A stretch of DNA of 63,716 bases, filler included, from Intoshia linei (Eukaryota; Animalia; Orthonectida), in the NCBI GenBank assembly GCA_001642005.1. It is 10 parts of 10 records of this genome, joined end to end, with 100 filler letters (N's around TTAATTAATTAA, not from the genome) between each part and the next. Parts side by side here need not be neighbours in the genome. Positions count along the whole stretch, not along the records: positions 1 to 19,438 come from LWCA01000735.1; 9 more parts are not named here. One strand, 5' to 3'. Shown here in pieces: positions 1 through 13,900 of this stretch (the stretch's first letter is position 1; every line of letters starts with the position of its first letter). The notes beneath the pieces were generated by a model that worked only from the letters and a program-made list of their open reading frames with translations, made no database searches and had not been told where the DNA came from. Position numbers and translations under genes: made by a program.

Positions 1-435
1 AATAAAGAAATATGGGTGAAAATCTATATAATTGATTCCTTCGCAATTTTTAAATTTTAATTCTCATTTTTAAAACATTTTGAATAAAATGTAAATAAAA
101 ACTACTACAACGAAACTAAAATAATACAACTTAGTTAATATTATTTTTATGTTTATTATAATCATTTGCAATATTGGTAAAATTCGACTGAAATATGTTT
201 ATAAAGTGAAGATTCTGTTAATTATTGATACTTACTGGGTATTTTTAAGTATTTATTAAATTGGTACTGAATATTTAAATCACATTGAAAATGACAAAAT
301 AGGTTTTTATAATTTTATTTTTACTGGAATTTATGCTATTTAAGACAATTTTTAGGATTGGACTGTTTTTACTTTATTTTTAATATACACACATTCTGTC
401 TAATAAATTATAAAAATGAAATTACAATTGTTACA
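1..435 (+). mobile_element. Internal fragment of the same Helitron family
   Basis: Near-identical to about 5570-6075 (e.g. gggtgaaaatctatataatt, cacattgaaaatgacaaaatag, aggattggactgtttttac). Confidence 0.75.
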
Positions 436-2972
436 ATTGATTGATACGATATGATTTATGTGGTGAATACCCTCTACAGTGAACGTTAGTGTACTAGTAT
501 AGTAAATATTTTATCAAGATTTAGACAAACATTGCATATCAAAATAAACCTCAAGATATACCTGAACTAAAACAAAACGTAAACACAGCAAACAGTTAAC
601 CATTATTCATTTAAAAATAAAAAAATACAAGAACCTGATTTTGACGCAACTTTTAGATAAATGTTTTCTTAATTAGGTAAACGTTTTGGTGAAATAAAAA
701 TAATTAATTTTATCGGCTAGCAAGATGCATTTGACATGTGTTAAAAATTATCAATGTAGTATAAAATTACACGAAATAAAAATTGTAGCCGATATAAAAT
801 ATAATTTGTCTCAAATTGATTTATTAATGCAAGAGACGGCAAGTTTGAATATAAACACATTTTAGCATGATGTAAAATTCCAGAGTTAATTCAATTCTAT
901 TCATGTATCAATAATTTCCAATATTCAATTATATTTACCCCAGAGTGTTGCAATATTTAAGATGGTTGGTAGAATGCGTACCAAAAATTTAAATGTCATA
1001 ATTTTTAATATAATTATTAAAGCTAGAAAAGTTATTGTATTAAATATAATTCGCTTGGTTTTTCGCTTCATAAACATGTTGTCGTGATATTAAATTATGC
1101 TATAATTGTAGTAAAGATATTTTTCATAATATTTTTGTATATGAATAATATATAATTACTAGGTTGAGTGTACCCTCTACTAACGAACTAACCCTCTAAG
1201 CCTTAGAGTCTAAGGTGTCGCGAACTGTTAATAAAATATTTTGAAAAAAAATATATTCATACTAAAATGCTTTTTTGACCGTTGAAGGCGTCTCTTATTC
1301 AGATTGAATTATATTTTTTTGATGATTGATGAAATAAAATGAATATTTACATTTACATTTTCATTTTTAATCCAACTACAGTCAAAACTCTCAATATCAC
1401 TATTTTGGTTTTTCTATATTTATGGCGGTATTGAGAGTATAACTGTGTAGCGAATAGATCATGGTTACGGTTTCTATGTATTAATAAGCCTTCATATAGT
1501 AAAATAATAAAATTAAGTAGATAATTCCAACAAACGCGTTTTTAATGTATTTGTTTGTAAATTTAATTAGGTGGATATTAGTTGATAATATATTAAAAGT
1601 TATTTTCACTGGAAATACGTAGATTTCTGAGGTTGAAATTTTAAATTTATATCAACTGGAATAAGCTGTGGCAGAATAACTCTTTTTTTTATGTAGGACT
1701 TAATTATTTCAAATTGTTTGTTTCAATAAAAAATTACCAAATAAAAAAAAAAAATTATCAAAGTTCTTTTTTGACATTGAAGATGTCACTAACGTTTCTA
1801 AGATTAAAAATTTTTTGTGTTTTTTAACTGGAGTTAAGTGTATGAGATGTAAGTTTTGTTAAAATTTTAAGATTTTTTATCTTTTCATTTTTTAAAAATA
1901 GGGTAATCTGGCGTTTTCATTATGAAAATATAAGTTTGTGAGGTTGAAATTTGCGACAATGATAATGACTTTCAAAAGAGTATTAGAATATATGTTATTT
2001 AAGTTTTAGGGATAATTTTATTTTTTAAAAAAAGTGAAAATTTGGTTTTTGTCTCTGAACGACTCATTTCTGGGAAATGAAATTTGCGATACTGCATCAC
2101 TCTCGAAAAAATATATTAGAAATTAGGTTTTTTTAATTTTAACACTGTTCTATATTTAATTAAAATTAATTAAACATAGAAGACAGACACACAAATAGAT
2201 ATGAACACAAAAAATGTCTGTCTGTTTGTGTTACAATTTGTTTAGAAAACAGACAATCCCAAAGGTTTCAATAACAAATATTCAAAGTCAGTTTTTTTCA
2301 GCGCAAATATTAACTCAAACTGAAAAATCGACACTTTCAGTTACAAGTTGTAACTAACAACACAATTGGAACCCCACGTTATTTATTTTTTAAAAATGTA
2401 TAGTCCTATGATTTTACAACACATATTTTGAAAGTTTGTAAAGTATGAGCATTATCACACATTGCAACCTCAAAAATTGGCATCTACACTGCCAAAACTA
2501 CAAATCTGTTTGTATAAATTAAATAAAGGTCAAATCAGTCTAAATATACAAAAATTATGCAATTGTGATTAAGTTTACATGTTAACAAGTTTTACACCAT
2601 TTTTTAAGGAATTTTGTTTAATACATAGGAAACCTACATAAATTTATTACTTATTTTTATACATTATATCTATGAAATTCAATTTATACTGGATTTTTAT
2701 TTTTAATTATTTAAAATGGTATTAATTTATTCACTACACATCAATCATTCAACCAATCGCCAAAATGTTTAATCTTTTGTTGTAACTATTACAGATGAAT
2801 TAAATTTAAATTGCTCTCATTCATTTATTTAAATTCTAATTTATACTGCTAAGCTTAATTCTAATTCCAATATTATTGTTTACTCATCAACAGCTTAATT
2901 CTGCTTAAGGAAATTCTACTGAGTCAACAAATTGTCACATACACATAAAAATTTATAAAACTAAAATTTAAA

Positions 2973-3895
2973 ATGGTTGTTAAATTAAATTAAAAAATTT
3001 AATCTAATTTAGATATCCGGATTTAATATTAATGATGATGTTATTGAAGCAGCGTCACAAGTCTCAAAGAAAAAGTTTAGATATGCTGTCGCAAGATTTG
3101 ATAAAGACTACAAAAACTTGATACTGGGAAAATGTGGACCTATAGGTTTACTTTAAAATATATACTCATACATAAACTTTAAATTGAACCTTATTTCTGT
3201 AAAACATATTGAATGAATATTATTCATACATATTTTTACTACAGTTAATATTACATTGAATTTTTGATATTACATCATTTATTAATTTTATAAATCCCGT
3301 GATTATAATTGTATGATTAGAATCAAACTATGAAGAATTGGTCAATCATTATAAAGAAGAATTTCCAAATTCATTTTGCTACGCTATTTATCATTTTGAA
3401 TTTAAGAATAATGATGGACATTACAGGAACAAAGTAGTTTGTTTGAAACTGTAATTTTTTTAATTTACTTTTATTGAGGATTTTATGTTGCATATCAAAT
3501 ATACGAGTGTTTCCTAATCGGATAGCGAGACGTCAACTATACGTAAGAAAAATTAAGAAGAATTCCAAATTAATTGGTTCCAAAGTTAGTTAAATTTGCT
3601 ATTAAAACAATAAAACTGTAAAAATTTGGAATTTCCAAAAGGAAATCACTACATATTCTATTGATAATTTATAATTGTATATTATAAATCTTAAAATATT
3701 TTAATTTTAATAGTTTTTAAAATTAGCGGAATTGCAAGCTTAGCTAAAGTCAAGGATAAAATGATTTATGCATCCTCGTTTAAATGCGTCAAAGACAACG
3801 TTAAAACAAATATAAGTATCGATTGTAATGATAACGCTTCACTAGAATATAACAATGTACTTAAAATTGTAATGGATAAATGCAGTAAATATTAA
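2973..3895 (+). CDS. ADF/cofilin family actin-depolymerising protein, 4 exons (2973-2975, 3013-3145, 3321-3450, 3727-3895)
   Basis: Manual GT-AG splicing gives MISGFNINDDVI...KKKFRYAVARFD...CYAIYHFEF...AKVKDKMIYASSF...*. Contains the ADF-H KMxYASS motif, an N-terminal Ser-Gly and the family-typical intron directly after ATG. Confidence 0.9.
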
Positions 3896-4858
3896 ATTTT
3901 GTATTACAAAATGTCTTTGCAAAATAAAATTTTAATTTCATTATTTATTGGATTAATTTATTATTTACAATTAGTCATAATATGATAAATCTCCATTTTC
4001 TCGCAATTTTAAAAGATGAATAACTTTGATATGATGCAAAGTACCAATTAATGTAATCAATATTTAGATTTTTGTATGCTTTTGCAGTGTATTTTTCATG
4101 GTTATGAGATTATTAATTGCGTCTCTTACCTTCTACGTGTAAAATTGGGTTTTTTTCTTAAAAAAAATGAAATGAAAATAAAATAATTTATTCTTCATTT
4201 TATACCCAGATATTTTAAATTTTGGATAAACGATATCAAGGATACATTCATTATCTATTGTTGCTAATATTTTTGAAACATTTTAACACGTAGTTTAATA
4301 TATGCACCGTTAAGCGTATGTGACCATATGGTCACATTGGAAAGAATATGGCAACATTAATTTGTGAAATATTAATTAACAATACAAATGTAAATACAGT
4401 AAATTGTGTCTATCACAGGGGTGTCAATTATGCGGCTTTATTTAAAATTTGTATACGTATAATCGATGAATCACTGTATTTAAAAATTAACAGTCGTAGA
4501 ATTTAAAAAACCCAATATATAATACAGTTTTTATATGGAATGTTTATATCCATTTTTCAATTTCCGAATTTGAGTCCTTCAGAGTCAAAAACCAAATTAT
4601 CTCTTTTGTTGAAAAATAAAATGAAAAAATAATCAGTCCAAAAATTTAACAAAACATAAATTCTGACACGCGTTGGGAGAATCATTAATATTATCGTAAA
4701 TCTCAGCCTCAGAATCACACACCCTCATGGTCAAAACCTCAAATTATTCTTTATTTTAAAAATGAAACGTGTCCTAAAATTTTATAAAACATAAATTTTG
4801 GGATAGTTTTTAAAGTTATAAGCATTATCATAAATCATTATCATGATCATTACACTGA

Positions 4859-6331
4859 TCTTAACTTATATAATATGCGACGCGATTTTTGTTTGTGTGT
4901 GTGTGTTCCACTTTATTAAAATAAGCACCAGTCTTAGAATTTTTTAAAGACCACATTTCAAATACAGTTTTTTCCGGGACGCATAATAACATAAATTTCA
5001 ACCTCCTAATTTCACATCTTACGAGTCAAAAACCCCTGTTGTCCCTCTTTTTGAAAATCAAACCAGTTGAAGAATTTAAAAAAATATATACGCTGATGCA
5101 GATTTTAAAATCTTAAACATTATCTTAAATTTAAACTTATAAAAATTATATCTTCAGAGCCAAAACCCTAAATTACTTTTATTTTTTTAATGAAATCAGC
5201 CCAAGAATTTCAAAAAATTTACAGGTGGTACAGTTGTATCCTGTTAACACACATAAATAATCCGAATAAATGACGACTTCACGGCCAAAAAAGCATTTTA
5301 ATATTCATATATTTTTTTTTAAGAAATATTTTACTAAAACAAATAATGTGAAATCATTAATTGTCCGAAAATTAACAAAAAATTATTCTGATAGAGCTTA
5401 TTCCAGTTAATATAAATACAAAATTTCAACCCCAGAAATCTACGCATTCCCGGTGAAAAATAATTTTTAATATATTATTAACCAATATTTTTCAAAAATC
5501 AATTAAAATAAAAAATTAAAAATGTAAATATTGATCCTACAATTTCAAAAAATGTCTACACATTTCCAATAAGAACATATGGGTGAAAATCTATATAATT
5601 CATTCTTTCGGAATTTTTTTTATTGCTACGCAATTTTTAAATTTCAAATTTCCATTTTCAAAAAATTTTTATTAAAACATCTAAATTTAAATAAGAAACT
5701 ACAACAACGAAACTAAAAAACTTTGTTAATATAATTTTTATATTACAATCCTTTGCAATAATGGTAAAATTCGACTGAAATGTTTTTAAAGTGAAGATTC
5801 AGTTAATTATTGATACACAATTGCTATTTTTAAGTATTTATTAAATTGGTACTGAATATATATCATCACATTGAAAATGACAAAATAGATTTTTATAATT
5901 TTATTTTTTTTGGAATTTTAGGCTATTTATGACAATTTTTAGGATTGGACTGTTTTTACTTTATTTTTAATATTATACACACATTTTGTCTAATAAAATT
6001 GGACTGTTTTTACTTTATTTTTAATATTATACACACATTCTGTCTAATAAAATTTAAAAAATGAGATAACAATTGTTTTTAAAATTTTTTACGCAAATGT
6101 TAACAAACGAAAAATTAAGATGGAATAATTCACTTTAAAGTAAAAAGTAATATGATATGATGGTTCCACCTGAAACAAATTTGGGAACCACTCCTTTAAA
6201 GTATTGATAATAGTGAATAGTAGGATTTTTAAGTTAGATTTTTAACATAAATTTATTTTTTTGGTGATATAAAAATGTGCCCTTAGTAGATCTAGGTGCT
6301 GTTTGTACGTAGTACATAATATTCAATCTAG
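4859..6331 (+). mobile_element. Non-autonomous Helitron, both termini present (~1.47 kb)
   Basis: Inserted between A and T with no TSD. 5' TC end is followed by TTATATAATATGC and a TG/TTTG microsatellite. 3' hairpin TGTAC-GTA-GTACA lies just upstream of terminal CTAG. Many related copies occur in the window. Confidence 0.75.
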
Positions 6332-7249
6332 TATAGTTATATTCAGTGAAAATACACAAAAAATTTTTAAAATTAATATAATAAAATTACAAAAAATGAA
6401 AACGACCACATAATTTAATTTCAATTTAAAAATTTTTAAAAAAAGTGGGAACCATCCATATTTGAAATATAGAAACTTGGGCTTCATCTCATAGATTGAT
6501 TTCTGCGGTTTTTATGTCATGCTACGTAATTTATGAATTCAAAAACTTTAAAAATTTATAATGATTTGAAATGTAATAAATCTAAAGAATCTGACTGAAG
6601 TGGAATTGTACAGAAATGTATATACCAGTATATACCATTAGAAGTCAGGTTAAATTTTTCGCTGGGCACATACACAGTTTGCTGAGTTTAACCGTTTTAT
6701 ATACAGTGCACGTCATATGAATAGGGACAAAATGTTAAGTGGATAAACTGTAATTTAGCCGAATTTAAAATAAAAAAATGATATAGAAAGTGTGAATTAG
6801 CGATTGATAAATATCCTTATTAGGGTTATTTAGGTCTGGAGATAGAGAAGGCCAATTTAGAACATATATATTATTATTTTCAAACCAACTTTTGGATATT
6901 TTGGAGACGTGTATTGGTGCGTTATCTTGCTGAAATATTTAATTTGATCCTTCAATTGTAGAACCGATATGTTTAAGATTCGATTTTTTTTAACATTTTT
7001 ATGTATCCACGTGAATTTATATTTTAACAATTATAATTATAACTATAACTTATAATTAAAATTTATAAAATATATTGCTAATAGTGTTTTTTGCTATTTT
7101 CAAATCATTAAAATAAAAAATATCAATTAATAAAAATTCATTGTCCATTATTAACCCTTAATAACCCTTATTTAACATTTTAAAATTATTAATTTTTTGG
7201 TAAATATTAATTATGAATTGATATGACTATAATCAACTATAGGTCAGTT

Positions 7250-8545
7250 TTTATTTAAAAAAATGGTACTCTGGGTTTTTTACCGTGAAAATTACCTTTT
7301 TTGAAGTTACCATTTATGATAATGCTTATTATTTCAAAAACCATCCCAGAATTTATGTTGTATAAAATTATAAGATTTTCTTAATTTGTGGTTTTGGACG
7401 TGAAGATATAAGATTTTGAAATTGAAAATTATCATAATATTGATAAATTTAAAACTTTTAATTAGAATGTGTAATTTTTATAATTCTAGGAGGGGTTTGA
7501 ATTTAAAAACAAAAGACAATTGGGGTTTTTAACATTGAAGAACTCAATTTCTGAAATTGAAATTTGCGATAAAACATCACTCTGGAAAAACTGTTATAAG
7601 AATATGGAATTGGTAAAACTCGATTCCCCTTACTTTCTTAATTAAACTGGAACGAATAAATAAATAAACAAATCAATAAACAGACATACATAAGATGTAT
7701 TACTTATACAGATATAAATATTAGGATTATTAATTTTTTTTCATTTTATAAAATAAAGTGAAATTTGCCGTTTTGAACCATTTACCGTTTATATAAGTTA
7801 ATGAAATTGAAATGTACAATTTTCATGATTTTATATCAATCTCAGAGTGTTAATTATTTTTAAATTCTTTGATTTGTGTAATTTTTTAAAAGTATAAATA
7901 ATTATGATTTTGACCCTGAAGCACTCAAATATTTTAAATGAAATTTGCAATAAAATTTTAACCTCGAAAAACTGTATATTCTATTGGTATTTTTAAATAT
8001 CCAAGCTGTTTATTTTCTTAAATATTTAGTAACAAACAGACAGACATACACTTTTAACTAAAATACTTTATACAAGTAAAGATTTTACGAGTGCTCTATT
8101 AAAAATAGTTAATTTAAAACACAATGAAATTAATTTCAGAATCTAAAAAAAAATTTTTATTTTAAATATACAAGTTGAGTAGGTCGAGTATTTTTAAAAA
8201 AAGGGTGATTTGGGGTTTTGGATGTAAAGATATAAGATTTTAAAATTGAAATTTATCATAATGGTGATGATTTTAAAATCTTTAAAATCAGATTGTGTAT
8301 TTTTATAATTTTGGGACGTTAGGTTTTTAAAAAAAAAGATAATTAGGGTTTTTGATCTTAAAGGACTTAATTCCTGAAAATTAAATATTCGACAAAACAT
8401 TACTTTTGAAAAACTGTATTTGAAATGGATATTCTTAAAACTATACGCCCATTACTTTCTTAAATAAATTGGTATCAGACAGATCCATAGACAAATAAAC
8501 AAACTTATTTTTGACTAAATTACTCAAATAAGCAAAGATTTTAAA
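7250..8545 (-). repeat. Head-to-tail array of about three degenerate Helitron 5' modules
   Basis: Recurring blocks (gttttt-ga-c-gaag, gaaatttgc-ataaaacatcact-ctcgaaaaactgta, ACAGACA/ACAAACA, ...aagat) end near 7727, 8083 and 8539. They are related to the 5' part of the 4859 element. Confidence 0.55.
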
Positions 8546-9399
8546 AATATTGTTCAAAAAGCATTAAAATTCGTTTTTCACAGGGACGTGTGGATTTCTG
8601 ATGTTGAAATTCTGACTGTATGTTAACAGGACAGCTGTATTATCAGTCATTTTTATAATTGTGGGACTTTGGAATTTTGGTTTTTTGATGTTTTTAAAAG
8701 AAGCGTAATGTGAGTTTTTGATTGTGAAGATGGAAATTTAATCTTACTGTCCAGACCATAATAAAACTTGTTATTTTAGTATATTTTAAATTTCTGGCAA
8801 CGTCTGTTTTCTATATAAATTTTTAATTATGAAGTAGAATTAACGATAAAGTAAAATATAGAATGAACTAATTTATGGTAAACTAGTACTACCATATTTT
8901 TGTATAAAATTTTTTTAAATATGTGGCTATTGAGAATTTTCTTTATAAGTTTGTTACAAAATTGAAAAATAGTGGCGGTATTGAGAGTTGGCGATATTGA
9001 GAGGCCTCACGGTGATTGTATTGTTTATACATTATTTTTATGGTTTATCAAAGAGCCTTGAATAAATTAAAAAAATAAGTCTTGAAATTAAAAAGTCTGC
9101 CCTCAACAAAGCTAGCTTCTGTTTGAACAAAATACATAACAGTGAAGCTAGTTATCAATCAAAAAATAAATATAAAACAAACAATAAATAAACACACAAA
9201 AATGTGTCACAATTTTACATTAATGAATGAAATTACTTGATCCAAATTAAGTTTAATATTCCAATAGAAAGAAAATTGTAAAGATTAATGATAATTAATT
9301 GATTTGCATTATTAAATTAACTTTTTAAAAATAATTAAATAATTCAAGTTTTTAAAATAAAAATTGGGTCAAATATTTAAAAAGTTTGTACAAATTGAT

Positions 9400-10440
9400 A
9401 CAAAAATCATCATTTAAAAATTAGCATTATGTCAATAATTTATCAGACATTGTAGATCCTTAAGTTTAAATTACTTCATTTAGTTTGTTTAGTTAGTAAA
9501 GAAATTATTCAAAAAAAGTTTATCAATAAGTTGATTTGTGAGTATATTCATTTCGATATAATAGAAAATCTCATCATTAAGGCAAATCTCACAGTTAAAA
9601 TTCAAATATATCCAATAATCCACTTTTAATCAATTTTTAATCTTGGCAACTACAATGTAATATTTTTATTGTCATAATTTAGATTTGTCAAAATTTTTTA
9701 GATACATGCATTGATATTGATTAATACTTTTTTACTGATGGAGTGTTTGAAATGTAATTTTAGTACTTTATCAAGCATCCGTCAGAAACACATTATTTTC
9801 TGTCATTTTTAAATAAATATGAAATATGGATAATTTAAATTCAATCAATTTTCAGACAAATGCATTTAACAGATATCAAAGTAGTTAGAACTGTTTAGTT
9901 TGCAGTTTGGAATAATTATAGTGTAGTTTTAGTAAACTCTATATTTTTCTATGCGTCATCTGTGAAGTAATTAAATTTCAAATGTTTTCAGAACCATAAT
10001 CTTTAGTACAGAATATTTTCGAAATTTGAAATTATATATATGAAAGATTTGATACTATAAGACAATTTTACCAACCTTACAGATAAATGAATTCTATAAA
10101 TTGTAATTACAAATGACTTATTTAATTGTAAATAACAAGCCTAGTTTCAAATTTTCCTTATTAATATACCTGGTCAACCTAGTAATATAATTTAAATAGA
10201 AAAATATTTTTCATTTGCAATTTTTAACGATTAAGACTAAAATTCTAATGTATATTGAACCAAGAAAAAAATTTCGTGAACTACATAACGTTTCACTTTC
10301 ATTCTGTTTTCTCTGAATATTCATTTTTTTATTGGAAATCGTAAAAATTGATGATCTGCACATGGATAATTCATCTGCTACCTCTATTTACTATTTTCCA
10401 GAATGTATTGTTAATAATTTCGATTTTATCAAAGATACAT
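9400..10440 (-). pseudogene. Highly degraded pogo/Tigger-like transposase remnant
   Basis: Minus-strand fragments resemble the CENP-B/psq HTH (IEVADELSMCRSSIFTI) and a second HTH (PGILIRK; F..xGW). There are many stops. Confidence 0.35.
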
Positions 10441-10443
10441 CCA

Positions 10444-10891
10444 TCCTTACTTATATATATATATACATATATACATTTTTATATTTATTACATTCATCAC
10501 ATTGAAAATGACAAAATAGGTTTTTATAATTTTATTTTTTTTGGGATTTATGCTATTTATGACAATTTTTAGGATTGTACTGTTGGTACTTTATTTTTAA
10601 TATTATACACACATTCTGTCTAATAAATTAAAAAAATGGAATAACAATTGTTTTTAAAATTCTTTACGCAATATTAAACAAAAAATTAAAATGGAATAAT
10701 TCACTTTAAAATAAAAAGTAATGGGATATGATGGTTCCACCTGCAACAAGTTTGGGAACCACTCCTTTAAAGGATTTATAATAGTGAATAGTAGGATTTT
10801 CAACGTGAATAGATTTTTTTTTGGTATAATAAAAATGTGCCCTCTGCAAAGCTAGGTTCTGTTTGTACGTAGTAAATAACAGTCAACCCAG
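10444..10891 (+). mobile_element. Internally deleted Helitron copy (~450 bp)
   Basis: A|TCCTTACTTATAT 5' end, 3' hairpin (tgtacgtagtaaataacag) and CCAG|T end. Matches 5865-6331. Confidence 0.7.
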
Positions 10892-10989
10892 TGTACATAT
10901 ATAAGTAAAAGATGATTAAATTGAGACAATAAACAATAAATCATAGTAAATAGTAAAATTATAACTTCATTAAACAATATCGTAAATTG

Positions 10990-13900
10990 ATGGAAAATGA
11001 AATTTATGACGGCAAATTAAATGATGAAATTAAAGATTGTTGTAAATCTTTAAACAATTTAGAATTTGTTATCGAAGACGGGTGCATTAATTTTTTAAAT
11101 TAAATTTTAAAATCTCTAACAATTTATTAGATACAGGTTGATTAATTTTCATAATGGCTACACAATTGGCTCACAAATACTTGATCCAGGAATTATAACA
11201 AATACCCTTAATCGAGAGATTTACGATAAATATACAATTTTAAGTGTAAATTTAATTTGATACATGTAATATATTTAATTTAACAGAGTCAATTCTTTAA
11301 ATTTGCAAATTTTACTGATATTGAAATTATTCATTATCAAAATGATTGCATTTCAGCACTGGTATTTTTTATTGTATTACATATTTGCAGAGCCGTTTTA
11401 AGGCATGGGCAATATGGGCTGTAGCCCAGGGCCACTCATTAAAAAATACTTCACATTTATATCTTAAGAAACAGTTTTGAAGTGTGGAAATTCAAATAGT
11501 TTAAAGAATCAAAGTTCTGATAAATATTCAATTTAAAATATATTCTACCATGTTCATCATATATTGACATAAAAACTGTTTCAAATGATAATATTAAACA
11601 TTAAAACCTTTCTATTAAGTGAATATTCAAAAAAGAAAGTAGGAAATCTTTGATTTTCTCTTATTAATTTTTTAAAAAGTGGCTTTAAAATTTTTTTATC
11701 GCTTTGCTCGAAACTTTAAAGACCCTTTGCTTAGGCCAGGGCCACGAAGTGGCTTAAGTCTACAATAGTTTAAGGCTCTGCATATTTGTACTTGAAATAA
11801 AATGTTTTTTATTGCACTTTATATGTTAAAATGTTTTAAAATAATGTAAATTTCGAACTTTACAACAGAGGTGAATTTATATACTCCGTGCTCCTTTTTC
11901 TGGCCCTGGGAAATTTTTATAAACTGGGCCTTATTTTTCAAAAGTAAACATTAACAGTAGGGAGTGGTAAAATTGAATTTTTCATATTGGGGTTGGATTA
12001 AATCGAATTTTTCAAAAAAATATTGAAAAAAAGGGATTTTTTTCTTACGGGTTGGTTAAATTGGATTTTTTATTTTATGGTTGGATTAAGTGGATTTTTC
12101 TCAAGATTTCGTAAAATCTGATTTTTCAAAAAAATTTGGAAAAAGGGGATTTTCCCTTAAGGGTTGGTAAATTGAATTTTTATATTGGGTTTGGATTAAA
12201 TGGAATTTTTTCATAATGTTTGGTATAATTGAATTTTTCAAAAAAATAGTGAAAAAAGGGCATTTTTTATTTTTGAGTTGAATTAAGTGAATTTAATCTT
12301 ATCAGGTGTGGTAAAATCGGATTTTTAAAAAATTAAGGTAAAACGGGGATTTTTCCCTAAGGGTTTGAAATTGTATTTTTTATTAAAAATTATGTAAATT
12401 TTATTAAATTTTATAAATGCCGGGATAAAAGTAGGATTTAATAGTAATGCAGCGGTCGTTTAGGCCAGCCATTCTCAACATGGTCCACAGCACTTTTGGG
12501 GGTCCATGAAAATTATATACATTTATTACATATTATAGACATTTTCAGTAACATAAAGTCGTTTTTAAAACATAAAGGCTTACAAATATTAATGTAAAAC
12601 GTGAAAATGATGTAAAAGTAAATTCTTTGGTATTAAATTACTTACAAGTGTAAAAACTTATTGGGAAACCTCCATTGTTCTATTTTAGGAGCAGCGGTTT
12701 GATTTAATTATTTTATTAAAATTTATGACCGAGCCAAGTTTCTAGTCATAAAAAAAGGCTTTAAATTTCAAATTGTTAATGGGACAAAAAATCAGTCAAT
12801 ATTTATGATTCTATGAAACATCAACCAAGCGATATAAAATATTAATTTTCACAGGGAAGATAGATAATATGGACTTTTTATTTATCTGATAAAATATGTA
12901 GTAAACAATTAATAATGTACTACCTATTATGTTTAATACCTATTACATATTATTAATGTACTAATGTAATAAACAATACCTAAAAAACATGTTCCATTTT
13001 GGGAACATTGACGGGTTAAAGGTGAATATTAATAGTTCATAAAATTTATCATCTCGCAAAAATAGAGTACTTCATGTCTTTTGACCATCATTTGTTTCAC
13101 CCAAATGTAATGATTCATTAAAAATTGTCATTATTATTAATTTTTTTGGGGGTCCACAGCGAAAAAGGGTTGAGAATGCCTGGTCTAAGCTTTGGGATAA
13201 AATCCCGACATCTGGCAATTCTGATCCTAACTACAATTATACTTTTTGTGTTCAATTTAAAATGACATGTTAATACCCTTGGAGATGGTGCTAGGGATAT
13301 ATGGCACTACTCTTCGTTTTCAAAAATTTTTTAGGTGGCCTCGAGCGGTTAGGTTCGGCTCTTTGACACTCAACATGCAACTTTTCAGTGAGTTTTTAAT
13401 TAATTTGCAATTTATATTAAATTTTTACATATTTATATTTTTTAGGCTACTTGGTGGTCGGGTAGATCTCTATTGTTTACCTTAAAATGGAATGTTTTAT
13501 TGGACAACATTGCAAATATTGATGATGAAATTATTCAAACGTTTACAAAATTATTATCCAATGTTATAGAACATAGTTACACCCTTATGAAACAATCCAC
13601 TTTGGCTGTAGATGTAATATTTGCATTTTTTAATTTTTTATAAATGTTCAATTTTAGGAAGAAGAAGTTATTGTTGGTTACGAAATTAGCTGTGATACTT
13701 TTACCAAAAAAGAAATTGAAGATATTGATGTTGATTTGCTGTTATTCACTGTATATTATTTTATAAAATTGTGGGTGCCTATTGATTATTGACCAATGTC
13801 TGAATATTGTCAATATCAAAATCACAAATATGGCGAATTTATTTGTAATGACATTTAGATGAAAATAAAATATTTATTTGTCTATATCCGGGGTCGGCAA

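Noticed and set aside
11960-12370. Regularly spaced repeats resembling a CRISPR array
   Set aside because: Degenerate tandem units with no unique spacers, in a eukaryotic intron, with no cas genes.
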